Positions 10,790 through 23,400 are shown, counted from the first letter of the stretch. The stretch: DNA of 64,000 nt from Vicugna vicugna (GCA_013265495.1 MU057999.1:930001-994000); one strand, 5' to 3'. The notes: a model not told the origin generated them from the sequence alone. Made by a program: numbers and translations.

Positions 10790-12350
10790 AAGAAAAGTGA
10801 CTTTTCACTTTTACCAAAGTCACACATTTCTATTAACATTTCACAGAAACAAAAGAAAATAAGTATAATGAGGAAAGTGAAAAATGACTGAAAAAATCCA
10901 GACACTGCAGTTGTTAAATTTAGGTCAACACCACTTTAGACATGTCTTTATAATCTATCTTCACTAGAGCTAGGAAGATAGATGGAGAGTCAGAACTTAT
11001 TTTAGCAAAATGTGATGATGGTAATCTTGCAAACATTAATATAATTTTGTTTAAGTGTAACTGAAGAAAAAGAAACTAATATAAAATGGAGGAAATTACT
11101 ACATTTGATAAATGTCTCTTCACCAGAAAATTTATTTCTTGAAATCTCTTAGGATTGAGAAAGAATGTTATGAGACAATGTGATTTGAATCATTATTCTA
11201 AACTTCATATTTCAATTTTAAATAGTAACAATTAACCCCTTTCTGTTAAAGATGAGGACATTGGTATTTTTGATTTCTTCTATTTCTTTCCCTTTCCCTT
11301 CCTCCTCCTTTTTGTTAATTGTTTTAACATTATTTATTTGTTCGTTTTAAGGTTTAGACCAACTTTAGAATGTTTTTTGTTTTATTTCTACATTTAAGAC
11401 TATAATAGCTCCCAGTTGCTTTATCCCAATTTCTTTACACTGACTTCATTATTTTGATTTATCTCTTGGCTGAATCACATTCTCAAGTAATGTTTTCCCC
11501 TAGAAGGACTCTCTGTTACTTGAGGTTCTTCGTCCATGAGAACATCTACCTGCAAATGGAAGGTCAACAGAGACAAGCCTGGGGCTCCCCTGTGCTTCCC
11601 TAGGTGACTTGCTTTTCCGTCTGCTGGCTGAGCACTTCCTTATCTTTGAAGTTCAACCATTTCACTAGGTCTGCCAATTAGTCCTTTATTTTCAGGAATT
11701 TTTTCTGTTAGGTCTTTGAATACTGAATACTTTTTTTGACGTGGGCCTCTAATTTAGGAATACCGGTACTCAGCTGGGTCTGTGCACCATCTTTGACGGA
11801 GGCACAGCATCTGCTCTTTATCAATACTTCTGACTGGCTGATATTCTTCGAGTTTGGGGTAGTCACAAGGTGAAGCCTTGATATTTGAACTGTTTCCCAG
11901 CTTCAGAGTGGAGCCCTGAAGCTTCTCTTCCTATTGGGGTGTTAGCCCCGAAAAGAAAAAAAAACTAAATACCCTTTAGCCTATTCCTTTCCAATTCTGC
12001 AAAGAATTCTCAGACCCCCTAACTTACCAGCTGCGCTGAACTGGCCCCAGAGAAGTGCACAGTCTGCCTGCCTCACCCTGAACACCAGTGCAAACCACGT
12101 TCCCCCTGGCTGGCCGCCCCTCCTTCTGGGCTGCTTTTGTTCCTGGCCCTACCTCCACTCTCTTCCAACCTGAGGCCTTTTCCGATTTTGATCCCTCTGT
12201 TTGTTTCTTCCCCCCTCCCTCCCTAAGTCAGACTTCAGCGATGGCACAATCTCAAGGAGCCCTCAGGGACCCCTCACGCAGGCCACGCCTCTATGCTTTG
12301 CAAGGCTCTCTGCTGCCCACAGTGGTTGAGAATCCCCCTTCTTCTCTGAG
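10790..12350 (-). mobile_element. Highly decayed ancient L1M/HAL1-type sequence
   Basis: T-rich strand bias and motifs such as 'ctttatctttgaagttcaaccatttcactagg' and 'ttcaggaattttttctg'. Confidence 0.5.
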
Positions 12351-14039
12351 TTAAAGGCAGGACTTTCCTTTGATGGGTGAGTCTGGAAGCCGGGCCCTTT
12401 CCAGGGCTGTTTCATTATCCGTTTCTCCCCACAACCCTCTCTGCCTCCACTTTCTCCAGCTGCATTTGGGGAACTGTAATCCCAGGTCACCTGCAAGGGA
12501 AGACTGCCTTTTCCTCTTTCATTTTTTTTTTAAAGGTCACCTAATAAATGAGCTCAACGTTGGGACCTCACACGAGGCACTGTGGTCCTAGAGGCCTGTG
12601 ATTTATGGCGCTGAGACAGTAGCCCAGCACCTGAGTGCTGGTCCAGGGAGCGAGAGGGCTCCCCAGGGTGAAGATAAAGGCTGGGGATCTGCTCTCGGGC
12701 CCTGGCTCCAGAAGAATCTCTGGTTTTGAGCTGTATGCTTGTGAGAGCTTGGTGATGTCTCCGAGGGAGGCAGCCCCACACAGCTCTCTGGGCTGCAAAC
12801 TCCCCTCTGGTCCCAGCACGATGTTGCCTAAGCTTCTAGTCAGTGTGGTGAATGAAAGCTTGTTTGTGTTCTCATTTCCTGAGACAAAGGGGTTAAACCA
12901 AGACAAATATCCCGTGAGTGTTAACTGAGCATCTTCTTGGTGCCAGGTGCCGTCTGAGCCTTGGAGCACAAGCACAGAGTGGTCCTGCCCTAGTGCAGGG
13001 ATCTTTCCAGGCACTTGAGCTGCCAAGGTAAATGCCCTCAAAATCCCTTGGGCTCACAGCCTCAGCAGTCACTTCCTACAGGAAATGGAGTGTCTAGAGT
13101 CAGATGGGGACAGCGTGGAGCCTTGTCCCACCCTCTCCACGTTGTGAGCTCCTGGAGGAAAGACCTGTCTTATTCATCCCTCCACCTGCAGTGAGACAGC
13201 AGATGGAACAGAATCTCTCTTTTGCCTGAACACTCAAATCCCATCCCTCCTGACCTACGCTGCCCTGGCCCTGCTCTCATGGCCCCTGAATCCCACTGGT
13301 GAGAGGTGTGCTTCCAGCTCTATCTCGGGATTTCTGCCCCTTGTTTCTCACCAGGGTTTGGAGCTGACCGGTGGCCTTCCCGCTCCCCCTTTCCACTGTC
13401 CTTTTCCTAAAACCTCTCCACAGATGGTACTTGTTCCCAAGAGGCATCAGAAGGATGCCTGCCTGGCCAGAAGGGGTGCCGTCCCCTGTCCCCCGCTGCC
13501 AGGGGGCTGCCAGCAGTTCTGGCTCAATGTGTTTGGAAACTACAGCAGCACGGGCTACCGGCTGTCCTTGCTGCCATTGCGCAGCCTGGGACGCCATCCA
13601 GTCTCATCCCGATGCCAGGCGAGTAAGACCTGGGGAAACAGATAGATCTAATCCTGGCCTCGGAGGGGACAGCTAAATTGTCGAGCAGCACACTAATGGG
13701 GGCTGCTGACGGCACAGGTATCTCTGGGTTATAAATGCCCAGCACTGGAGAGCCTCCTAAGTCACGCAGAGGACAACTTTATGATCCAGAAAGTAAAGAA
13801 CTGGAACAAGATCAGCTTGTGACAGGGAGCAATTGATCGGGGATGGCAGAGAGCTTGGCCCGGGAGCTCAGAACTCCATAAACTACGGAGCTCGGTGCTT
13901 CCCCAGGGGACATGCGCTGACCATGGCACAGGGGGCCCAGGAAGCTGTGTGAGAGCTCTGAAGAGCATCTTGGTGATGACCCGGAGCACAGGTGAGGTCC
14001 GGGGTCCCCTGCACCACCCCAGTTTAATTTCCTTACTGC

Positions 14040-14595
14040 TCTCAGCATGATCTTCCTACAACTCAGTTCTGATCACGAGCCTCTCCCCTATAAAAAAAAG
14101 ACTTCAATAGCTCCTCTAGCCCCTTAAGAGCTGGCCCAGACTCCTTAGCATGGCATTCGGGCCCTGTGGCATCCTGAGTGTGATGAACTTTCTAGCTACA
14201 TTTAATTTCCCCAACTGTGACATAGAGTCTCACCTCTGGGCCTTTGTACAAGCCATTGATTCCTTTTACTTTGAAGGCTGTCCTTCCCTACTTGGGCCCT
14301 TGATTTCTGTTACTGATGCTTCAGGTTTTAGCCCAGATGCCACCTCTTCCATGAAGCCCTCCAGGTTTAGGTCCCCCTTCCATATGTAGTCCGTGTGTAC
14401 CCTATTGTAGCACTTTTCACACAACAATGTTTTTGTACTTTTCTCTGTTTGTCCATCTTGGCTGGGGTGGACAAGGACGATCTTCTGTTTATGATTTTAT
14501 CCCCAGAGTGTGGTGCAGTGTCTGGCACATGGTGGATAGTTGTTGAACAAATGAGTGAATGGATCAATAAATGAATAATATGATAAATAAATGGA
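14040..14595 (+). mobile_element. LINE-2 3' portion
   Basis: 'tctgatcacg', 'ctccttagcatggcattc', 'cagatgccacctcttccatgaagccctcc', 'cagtgtctggcacatggtgg...gagtgaatgg...aaatgaat'. Confidence 0.85.
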
Positions 14596-14936
14596 ATATC
14601 ATGAAAGATGGGGGAAAAAGATGCCCCTCCCAGGGCATCCTCTCTCCCTGTCTGCCCTGCTTCTTCCCCTTCTTCTCAGCAGACTTCTGAGGCCTCGGAG
14701 CTGGTCATCACCGGAGCTCAGGCTGCATCCCCATCTCCTGTTGTTCCCTGCCTGGGAACGGGCTTACTGTTTATAGTCCTTTCAGACTCCTCAGTCCACC
14801 TCCTACAGAAAGGCCTCCCTGAACCCCTTGTGTGCCTCCCCCAACCTCCAGTGTTCATATTGCTCTTTGCATAGCTATGTGTTAGCCTGTAACTTGTTGC
14901 ATTTTCATTGTATATTTTTTACATCCCATATTTAAA

Positions 14937-15926
14937 CTTTTTAAATTTGGGGATGATTATAGATTCTTATGCAGTTGTAAGAAATAGTGCAGAGAGATGC
15001 ATGTGCCCTTCATTCAGTTCCCGCCAATGGTAATATCTTGCATAACTCTAGTGCAGTGTCACAATGAGGAAGTTAACATTGAAACCATCCATTGATCTTA
15101 TTCAGATATCACCAGTTTTACACGCACTCACGTGTGTGTGTGTATTTAGATCTGTTCATTTCAATCACAGGTATAGAATTGTACAACCATCACCACAGTC
15201 AGGACGTAGAACAGTTTATCACAAGTGTCCCTAGTGATACCTTTTTATAGCCATAGCCAATTCCTTTCTTCCTCCTCCGTTGTTGCTGGCAACCAATCTG
15301 TTCTCCATCTTTATAATTTTCTCTTTTCAAGAACGCCCTATAAATGGAATTACACATTGTGTAACCTTTAGGGGTTCGCTTTTTTCACTCAGCATTCTTC
15401 CATTGCAATTCATTTAAGTTGTGCTTAGCAAATATTCTATTTTATTGCTGATTGCTGATTGGTGTTCCGTGGTATTGATATGCACTCAGCTCTCCCTGCC
15501 TGCGGGTTCCACATCCACAGATTCAACCAACTGCGTGTTGAGAATGTTTGGAAAGAAACAAATTCCAGGAAGTTCCAAAAGGCAAAACTTCAGTCTGCCC
15601 ATGCACCAGCAAATATTTACATAATATTTACATAGTATTAGATGTTATAAGTAATCTAGAGATGACAAAGTATAAAGGAGGGTGTGCATATATCATATGC
15701 AAATACTCCACCATCTTCTGTACGGGAGTTGAGCATCTGTGTATTTTGGTATCCAAGGAGGGGATCCTGGAACCAGTCCTCTGCTGGATGACTAGTCTGT
15801 AAGTCTGTTTAACCATTCACCTGTTGTGAGACATCTGGGTTGTTTCCAGTTTGGGGCGATTACGAATAAAGCTGCTGTGAACATTCACATACAGGTTTTT
15901 GTGTAAACACAGGTTTTCACTTTTCT
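14937..15926 (-). mobile_element. L1MC/L1MD-type 3' end (non-inverted part), interrupted by a Tigger MITE
   Basis: 'gcagttgtaagaaatagtgcagagagat...ccaatggtaatatcttgcataact'; resumes after the MITE with 'ggttgtttccagtttggggcgattacgaataaagctgct'. Confidence 0.85.
15483..15799. mobile_element. Tigger3/MER2-type TcMar MITE
   Basis: 'gggttccacatccacagattcaaccaac', 'ataagtaatctagagatg', 'ttttggtatcc...cctggaacca'; ends ctg|TA; paralogous to 59708-60122. Confidence 0.85.
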
Positions 15927-16209
15927 ACAGATGACCAACAGGCACATGAAAACGTATTCAATATCGTTAGTCGCTGGGGACATACCAATAAAAACCACAG
16001 TGAGATGTCACTACAGACCTCTTAAAATGGCTACAATTAAAAACAGTGAGAACATCAAATGCTGGCAAGGATGTGGAGAAACTGCATCCCTCATGCATTG
16101 CCAGAGGGAGTGTAAAATGGTACAGATATTCGGGAAAACAGTATCACAGCTTCATACAGAATCATACGTGTGCTTATCATATGACTTAGCAGTTGCACTC
16201 CTGGGCATT
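15926..16209 (+). mobile_element. Inverted L1 ORF2 C-terminal fragment (5' inversion of the adjacent L1)
   Basis: ORF 15931-16224 'HMKTYSISL...IKTTVRCH...KCWQGCGETASLMHC...YDLAVALLGI' resembles the L1 ORF2p Cys-rich domain (CWRGCGEIGTLLHC...DPAIPLLGI). Confidence 0.9.
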
Positions 16210-16219
16210 GTAATTGTAT

Positions 16220-18850
16220 TTTAAAGCAAGTTTTTAAAAAATCATATGTAATTCATATCTGTCGTAAAAACGAAAAGAGTAGACATACAAATAAACATAA
16301 AGGAAAAAATCTGCAATCTTGCCATAGCTACTTGACGTAACTACTGCTAATATATTAGTGTATCGCATGTGTGTTTCTTTCATCAAAAATGGTGCCATAT
16401 ACTTTTAGGATTTCTTCTTTTTTTTTAACGTTACGTAGCGTTCCCCTCTCCGTATCCTATCAGTGAGTACCTATGTTATCATTTGCCTTGTATTAAATTT
16501 GGTAACTTATTTCACTAAACTGAGACATCTGGGTCATTTTAATTTTCTTCTCCAGCTGGTATGAGCAGTGCTTAATGAAGTTCCTTGTTCACATATTTTT
16601 GATAACTTGATGGTATTCTTAAGATAAATTCCAGTGAGCAGAATTTTGGAATTAAATGTTTTCCCGTTTTTAAAGCTTTTGACAAAATTCCCAGTTGCCA
16701 TTCAGACACGCTGTACTGATGTGCCCTTCCTATCCTGAAGGCCCATGAATGACCCCTGACGATTTCCAACGATGGTCGTTATAATTCTTTTGACTCTATG
16801 TTAGCCTGACAGCTGAAAATGTGAAATCTTACTTATTTTATCTTAGGTTTTTAAATTTGATTGCCAGTTGGACTAAATATTTGCTTGTATTTCTTCTATT
16901 GTCTATTGCCTGCTTTTGTTCTTTATCCACCTTCTTAGTTATTTGCAGGATATGAATCTTTGTCATATATCTTTCATTTTCCCTGAATTTGCAATTAGAT
17001 TTAGAACTGCATTTTTGCAGCAACCCTGACAATTTCTATGTAGTTCAGTCTATCAGTTTTTCTCCTAAGTGCTTTTTCCCTTTGGTTCCTTCTTTGAAAG
17101 TTCTTCCTCACTCTAAAGTTATATAAATATTCATGTGTGTTTTACCATATTACTTTTATGACTCAATTTTTCACTTAAATATTTAATCCAGTAGGGATTC
17201 ATTTTGGGGATTTGGTATAAAGTAAAGATTTAACTTTTACAGTAGCTAACTTGGGTCTCTTGTTCCCTGAGTGATCGGCTCTTCCTCTAACTGGAAAGGC
17301 CCTTTTCATCACGGCCCGCGTCCTCCTGTACCTTCAGGTCGATTCTCTGTCATCGAGATGTCTGAAGCCGCCTGATTCAACCTGTGAGCAGCCCGCTTTC
17401 TCTCTCCGACATTATCTATATTATTTTCCAAGATGTGTCTAGGGTTTCTTTTCGCTGACTGCTTGGTGAACCCATCTGCCTGTACATACAGGCCTTTATC
17501 TTCAGCTCGATAACGTTTTATTACATTATAGCTTTGATTTCTCTTCTGCTTCATTGGTTGTGGATTCTATTTTAGGAATCCTCATTATCTGCATGTGGTT
17601 CTCCACTTTCTGCCAAATCTTTCACCTTCCACCATATCTTCTGAATTTCTCTTGCATTTGTTTTCTGTGTTACTGACTTGTGTCCGGAAGCTCCATCATT
17701 GCTCTTCCCCGCCTGCCAAGGGGCTCTGTTTCTGCTATTGCATTTGTAGTTTCCTTGCTATCTTCTCGTTTTCTCTTCCTTTTCATCTCATCCTGCTGAC
17801 TGCCCCTTCTTGTGACTTCCTGTTCCTCTGTTTTAGAAACCAAGCTTTCTCGTACACTCCTAAAAAAGTACACAATTTCCTGAAGTTTCTTCTCACTTTA
17901 GAGGTGTGTTCTTCCTCTGACTCTACGGAAGGATGTTCTTGTTCTTGTGGTGTGTGCTGTGTTCCCTCGTAATTTAAAGCAAAATGGATTTTGTTGAGAC
18001 TTGGTGAGGTTCTGGAGACTGGGTGAGTGGCTTATCCTGGGACTCTGTGTCCGCCTGCTTCCGGGGTGACTTCATTCCCCTCTCGTGTCGGCACCCGCTG
18101 TGGAGATGGGTGTGTGCAGGTCCCCGTTCACGTTCTCACACCTAAAATGTTTCCCAGGGGAGGGTGTAGCTCAGTGGTAGAGTGTGTGCTTAGCATGCCC
18201 AAGGTCAATCCTCAGTACCTTTATTAAAATAAGTAAATAAATAAAAACCTAATGACCCCCCCAAAATAAATTATTTAATTTTTTTAATGTTTCCCATGAT
18301 ACATCTCTGCTCTGCTTGGATGATGTATTCCTTTGACCTGCAGCATCTGGTTCTTTGACTCTTCCAGTCTGATGCGATTTGTGATTTGCCATGTGTGAGA
18401 AGCCCAGTTCCCTGCCCGCACCACTTCCTCACCCTTCCCTGCGTGTGTTCTTCCCCTCAGACCACAGCTCTCAGATGCGTGATCTCACTTCTAGGCCATG
18501 GATAACTGTTCTTACTGGCTGATTTCTGGGAAGGGAAGAGAGGTGTGGTGAAATGGAAGCTTCCTTGACTCCCAGTGTAGCCCAGTCCCTCACTGGCAGT
18601 AGCCCTGGGTCTCCGGGGGCAGGGACAGCAGGTGGGTCTTCATACCTTTCTTCTTAGGCAGTCCTTTGCTGCAGACGGCAGTCAGGGTGAGCATGTCCTA
18701 AGCTCAGGTGGGTTTTCTCACTCCATCCCTGGTGCAGAGCCTCCCCACCCCTCATCCTGACACCTGATTATCTGTCTGTATTAGATTGAGGAAAGGTTGT
18801 TGTAAGTATTCAACATTTCTCTGACATCATAATAATTCTACTGAAAAATT
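16220..18850 (-). mobile_element. Decayed ancient L1ME/HAL1-type block
   Basis: T-rich with motifs 'cttaagataaattccag', 'gttatataaatattc', 'tttaatccagtagggattcattttg'. Confidence 0.55.
18157..18285 (+). mobile_element. tRNA-derived SINE, Vic-1-like, with 11-bp TSD
   Basis: 'ggggagggtgtagctcagtggtagagtgtgtgcttagcatgc'; TSD aatgtttccca at 18146-18156 and 18286-18296. Confidence 0.9.
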
Positions 18851-19079
18851 GGGCACGCCTTGGGCTGCTATCCCCATTTGGAGCCATAAAGTCTTCTTAA
18901 TATAGTGTGTTAAATCATTTACTTATCTGTCTACTCCCTCCTCCTTGCCACCTCACCCCCCCCACCCCATTTGTCTGTCAGCTTTTGGAAAGAATTATAA
19001 TTCACCGCTACATCAACAGTGTCTAACACAGGGTCTTATGCATAGTATTAAATAGCTATATATATATATTTTTAAATTA

Positions 19080-19640
19080 AACTGGGATGTGATTGCCAAG
19101 GAAGGGACTAGAGAAAGACAGAACACTGGGCTTTGAGGGACGTGGCAGCAGCCGGAGGAGGAAGATAAGCCAGTGAGGGGGACAGCAGGGCAGACTCAGG
19201 AAGGATGCGGTGGGAGGGAGGAGGGGGCCGGGCGGAGTGGTCAGGGATGGCAGAGTTGCCCCGTGGCTGAGAAGGGCGATGAGTAAAGTAGAGGTGATGC
19301 CAGGTCAGTTGCCAGTGACCTCTCGTTGCAGAAGCGTGACGGAGACCATCCTTTCCCTGGTTGCAAGGCTGTGTAGATTGAGGAAGTGGAAGCAGTACCA
19401 TGCAGATTTTAAAATAAAAAGTGAGGAAGAGAAAAAAAGAGGGCTTGAAGGGAAATCTGCCAGCCAGAAGGGGCTTTTGTTTGGGTTACTGTTGTGGCTG
19501 TTGTTGGACCAAGGAAGATCTGATCAGCTTTCTATCCTGAGGGAAGAAGAGTGTGACTAGAAAGAGCAATTTGCAAGACAGAGAAGGACTGGGAGAAAGA
19601 GCCAGTGTGAGCTGGATCTGAAGAGGCTGGAATCAGGTGG
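19080..19640 (-). mobile_element. Probable LINE-2 internal fragment
   Basis: Purine-rich, with L2-like order 'ccagtgacctct...gaggaagtggaagcag...ctgagggaagaag'. Confidence 0.4.
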
Positions 19641-20619
19641 GTGGAGACGGGGCTGGTTTGAAAACTCTGGGTGGGGGCTGCCGTTCACTGTGACCCGGAG
19701 GCTCCTGGGCCAGGGAGGTGCGGGGGTCTTGTTGGGTGGGGAAAGGAAGACGGGGCGGTGGTGGAGATACCTTAAGGTGCAAGGAGAGAGGGGAGGGCTC
19801 CCTCTTCTCTTGCCTCCTAGTAAAGGGGGAGGGACAACCCGCAGGGGAGGGGGAGGGGCAAGGCACCGCCAGGCTGGGTGTAGGAAAAAGGAGAAAGCTG
19901 AAAGGGTTGCCCGGCATCCTGCTGGCCGCACCGTGGGAGAGCCTGGAGAGCACCTCACTTCAGGTGGCCTTGTGCCCTGTGCTAGCCCTGATTGCCTTTC
20001 TAAGGACTTGAGGAAAGCTCTCAGGAAGTGGCTTTAAGCCAGGAGGGAGACTCTCCCTGGAGCACAGTCTTCTTTTCTTCGCCTGTCCTGGGGTTTGCTC
20101 CTTACTTGTCTCCAGAGGTGGACACATGGTAAACCTCTGTGAAGACGCCCTCGTCCTGGGTCCTCTGATCCCCAGACACTGGACAGCAGTTCTCCTCACA
20201 CCCTGTGTCCCTGCCCACCGCTCTCTGCTAACTTACCTCTCCAAGGACTGACTTGAAGCCCTCAATTGGACTGGCTTAGCATTGTCTGCTGGACCAGAAA
20301 GCTGGTTGTGAAATGCCCAGCTCTGATCTTGAGCCTGTGAGAGCCTTCTTGGGTTGAAAAACAAGATCTCAATGAATGAATTAATCAATTAATAAGGAAA
20401 ACATGCCTGAGAACCTTGTGGGTGTCTGGTACGGGTACCACAGAAGCAATCAGGCCATCATCCTTGTCCCTGAGAGTGTATATATAGCTCAGTGAAGGAA
20501 ACGCACAGAAACTCACAGGCTTTTAAACGAAGGGGGACAAGTCACTGAAAGGTAGACAGTCCATTGAAAGGAGAGACAGAGGGATGGATGAAGTGACGTC
20601 TAGGGTCCTGTCCCAACCA

Positions 20620-21180
20620 GGCAGTTTCATTATAAAGCAGGACCTGCAAATTGCCTTTTTCCCTTTGGTATTCTTCTCACCCTTTCAAACAAAGAATTAA
20701 CCATGCAAAACTAATGCAACGCATTCTAGAACTCCTTTCCCAGTACTGCTCTCCAGAGCACTTGAACCCTGCCCTGGGGTTGCCTTTGTTACAAGGAACT
20801 CTTGATGAGAGTAATGCCTGATACTGCGCGGTTGTGCGTCGCTGGCCTTCCTTGCACGGCTCTGTACGCACATCAATTACACACATTCGGTATAATTTGT
20901 CTTTTTAAAATCACACCTTCTACTTCACCCCAAGAAGATAAATGGATCCTGCCTCGGTCCCAGTTCCATTGATTTTTCGGTGGTCCTATGGTGAGGCTAT
21001 TATCAACATGAATCTCAAACCCTGCTAGGAGCCAGGAAGGCCTTAGAATACAGAGCACCAATTTCGGCAACTTTCACCTTATTTTTCTTTTCACAGGCTT
21101 TTGTTCTGACTCCCCTCCTCATCTCATTTTCAAATATGATTTGATTATCATCCTGTGAGGTCTGTTCCGCTGGCTCTGAG
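20620..21180. promoter_or_regulatory. Candidate conserved non-coding element
   Basis: Repeat-free, CpG cluster at 20825-20890, SOX-like CCTTTGT and homeodomain-like TAAT/ATTA motifs. Confidence 0.3.
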
Positions 21181-21899
21181 CAGACTCCTTTTGGACAGGT
21201 GCAGCCGGGAGGAGGGTGACAGAGGCGTCTCCTGATGGGGACTGACCCTCCCTCCTCAGGGCAGGGTGTCCCTGCAGCTTTGACGCCTCGCCTGCTGGCC
21301 TCCCTTTCTGGCGAGGTGAGGCCGCATCCTTCACCCTGCCCCTCTCAAAGTTACTTTTCTAGGGAGAGGAAGGAGAAAAGGAGAAACAAGGGGATGGGAA
21401 TTGGGAAGCTTCAAGGCTCTGGGGAGGCTTTTGATAGTGAGCTCGGTGTTTGAACATGGGGCAGCAGCCTCGACGTTTCCAGGGCTGTCCCGCAGCCTCC
21501 CTGCTGTCACTGCCCCCCTCCCTCCGCCAGCTTCTGCTGGGCCCGTGACCAAACTCAGGATCTTAAAAGATCACATGCCAATTAAAAAACATATTGACTC
21601 ATTTTCAGAAGGCAAAACATTCAGTTCATGGAAATATTTGTAGCAGGACAAAGGGCAAATGGGAGAGAGGAAGTTTTCCTTGACTGCTGACCCTGGGCCC
21701 AGTGGCCTCCTGGGGCACTGCTCTCACTGGCTCTGTGGATCCTTCCAGAGACAGTCCATACATTGGGCGTGTGCCCAGTTCTCCTGCCACGTTGCTGTCC
21801 TTGCTGCTGCTTCTCTTCATCCTCTTTCCCCTCCTCTCCCTCCGCTCCCTCCTTGCCTCCCCCGACATAACAACGTATCTTACAGATGATTCCATATGA

Positions 21900-22950
21900 A
21901 GACTCATAAGCCTGCCTCATCCTAAAGGTCTGCCCGGTATTCTAATGTGTGGATGTACAGTAACTTAACTAATCTGCTATTAATATTTTGGTTGTTTCCA
22001 CACTTTTTTTTTTATCATTCAAAAAGGTGCTTCAGGAAAGAATTGAAAGCAGAGACCCAAACAGATATTTGTGCAAAAATGTTCAGAGCAGAATACTGTA
22101 TTATTATTCTAGATAATATAATATGTATTATTTTATTAATATGTAATAAAATATTACCTATTCCTCACTGTCACAATAGCCAAAAGGCAGAAACAACCCA
22201 AAGGTCCATCAGGAGAGGGATAGATTTAACAAAATGTGGTATATCCGTCCAGTGGACTATTAACCAGCCATAAAAATAAATGAAGTGTTGACACGTACAA
22301 CATGGATGAACCTTGAAAACAGTATAAGTGAAAGAAGCCACACACAGAAGGACATGTTTATGGTTCCATTTATATGAGGTGCCTGCAATAGGCAAATTCA
22401 TAGAGGTGAAGAGAACAGAGGGTTGGGGAGGAAGGGAGGGTGGCGAGTTACTGTTCAATGGGTACAGAGTTTTATGTTGGGGACAATGAGACTGTTTTAG
22501 GTATAGACAGCAGTGGTGGCTGTGCAATATTGTGAATGTATTTAATGCCACACTTGCAAGTGTTTAAAATGAAAATTATCATGTTATGTATATTTCATCA
22601 CAATTAAAGAATAATAATAAAAAGAAAGATATGAATATGCTGCTGAAACCTAAAAAATAGAAATGAAAAAGGAAAAAATAACGCTGCAGTGAACATCTCT
22701 GTACAACAGGGTGCTCTGTAGGAACACGAGGATACCTATGTGACATATTCCCAGACGTGGGGTTACGGAGAGGGAGTGCGTGTGCATTTTAAATTTCAGT
22801 ATACGATGCCAGATTTTCTTTCAAAAGATTGTTCTAGGTAATGCTCTGACTCATGCGCTGGGAGGTTGGTTTGATACCAACCACAGTCTGACATCAAACA
22901 TTTTGATCTTTGTCACCCTGACAGCCAAACCGTGGTGCCTCGTGTGGATT
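21900..22950 (-). mobile_element. L1ME-type fragment split by the L1MB insertion
   Basis: 'ttggttgtttccacactttt' before and 'taacgctgcagtgaacatctctgtaca...gtgcattttaaattt...tgccagatt' after. Confidence 0.65.
22036..22622 (+). mobile_element. L1MB-type 3' end
   Basis: 'cacaatagccaaaaggcagaaacaaccca', 'acaacatggatgaaccttgaaaac', 'aataggcaaattcataga', 'aatgggtacagagttt', A-rich end. Confidence 0.9.
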
Positions 22951-23169
22951 TCACTTCTATTTCTAGGGGGAGGTTATGCCACATGCGTGGTGCGTCTCAG
23001 AGACTCCACAAATCAGGAGTCGCCTTGGTCCCAGGTCGAGAGGGAAGCCGGTCAGGAGCAGCCTGGAGGCACAAGGAGGGGCTGGTGGGCTGGGTGTGCA
23101 AGAAGAATCTCTGGCTCCATTTCCCTCCTCCCCAGCCTCCCTCTGCGGGCTGCTCCAGCTTTGTCATGT

Positions 23170-23400
23170 GATTCATGGAACCACAGAAGGGCCTTGGAAG
23201 AGGACCTAACGGGTCCAGCTGCCTAACACAGCGAGTCCTTGGTGGACTCCCTTCCCTGCGTTGAGAGCCTGGTGACAGGAAGCTCACTCCTTGATTCTTA
23301 GAAAGGTTACCCTCCATCGAATGCACCTCTCGGTTTTCCACCCCATTATCTGACACCTTCTGAAGAACCAGAACAGGTGTAGTCCTTCTTTTAGTAGCTC
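23170..23400 (-). mobile_element. Probable L3/CR1 fragment
   Basis: 'gtgacaggaagctcact', 'ttagaaaggttaccct', 'cagaacaggtgtagtccttctt'. Confidence 0.45.

Noticed and set aside
22623..22690. 3' transduction after the L1MB element
   Set aside because: The putative TSD (aaaaaggtgcttcag / aaaataacgctgcag) matches only about 10/15, too weak to support.
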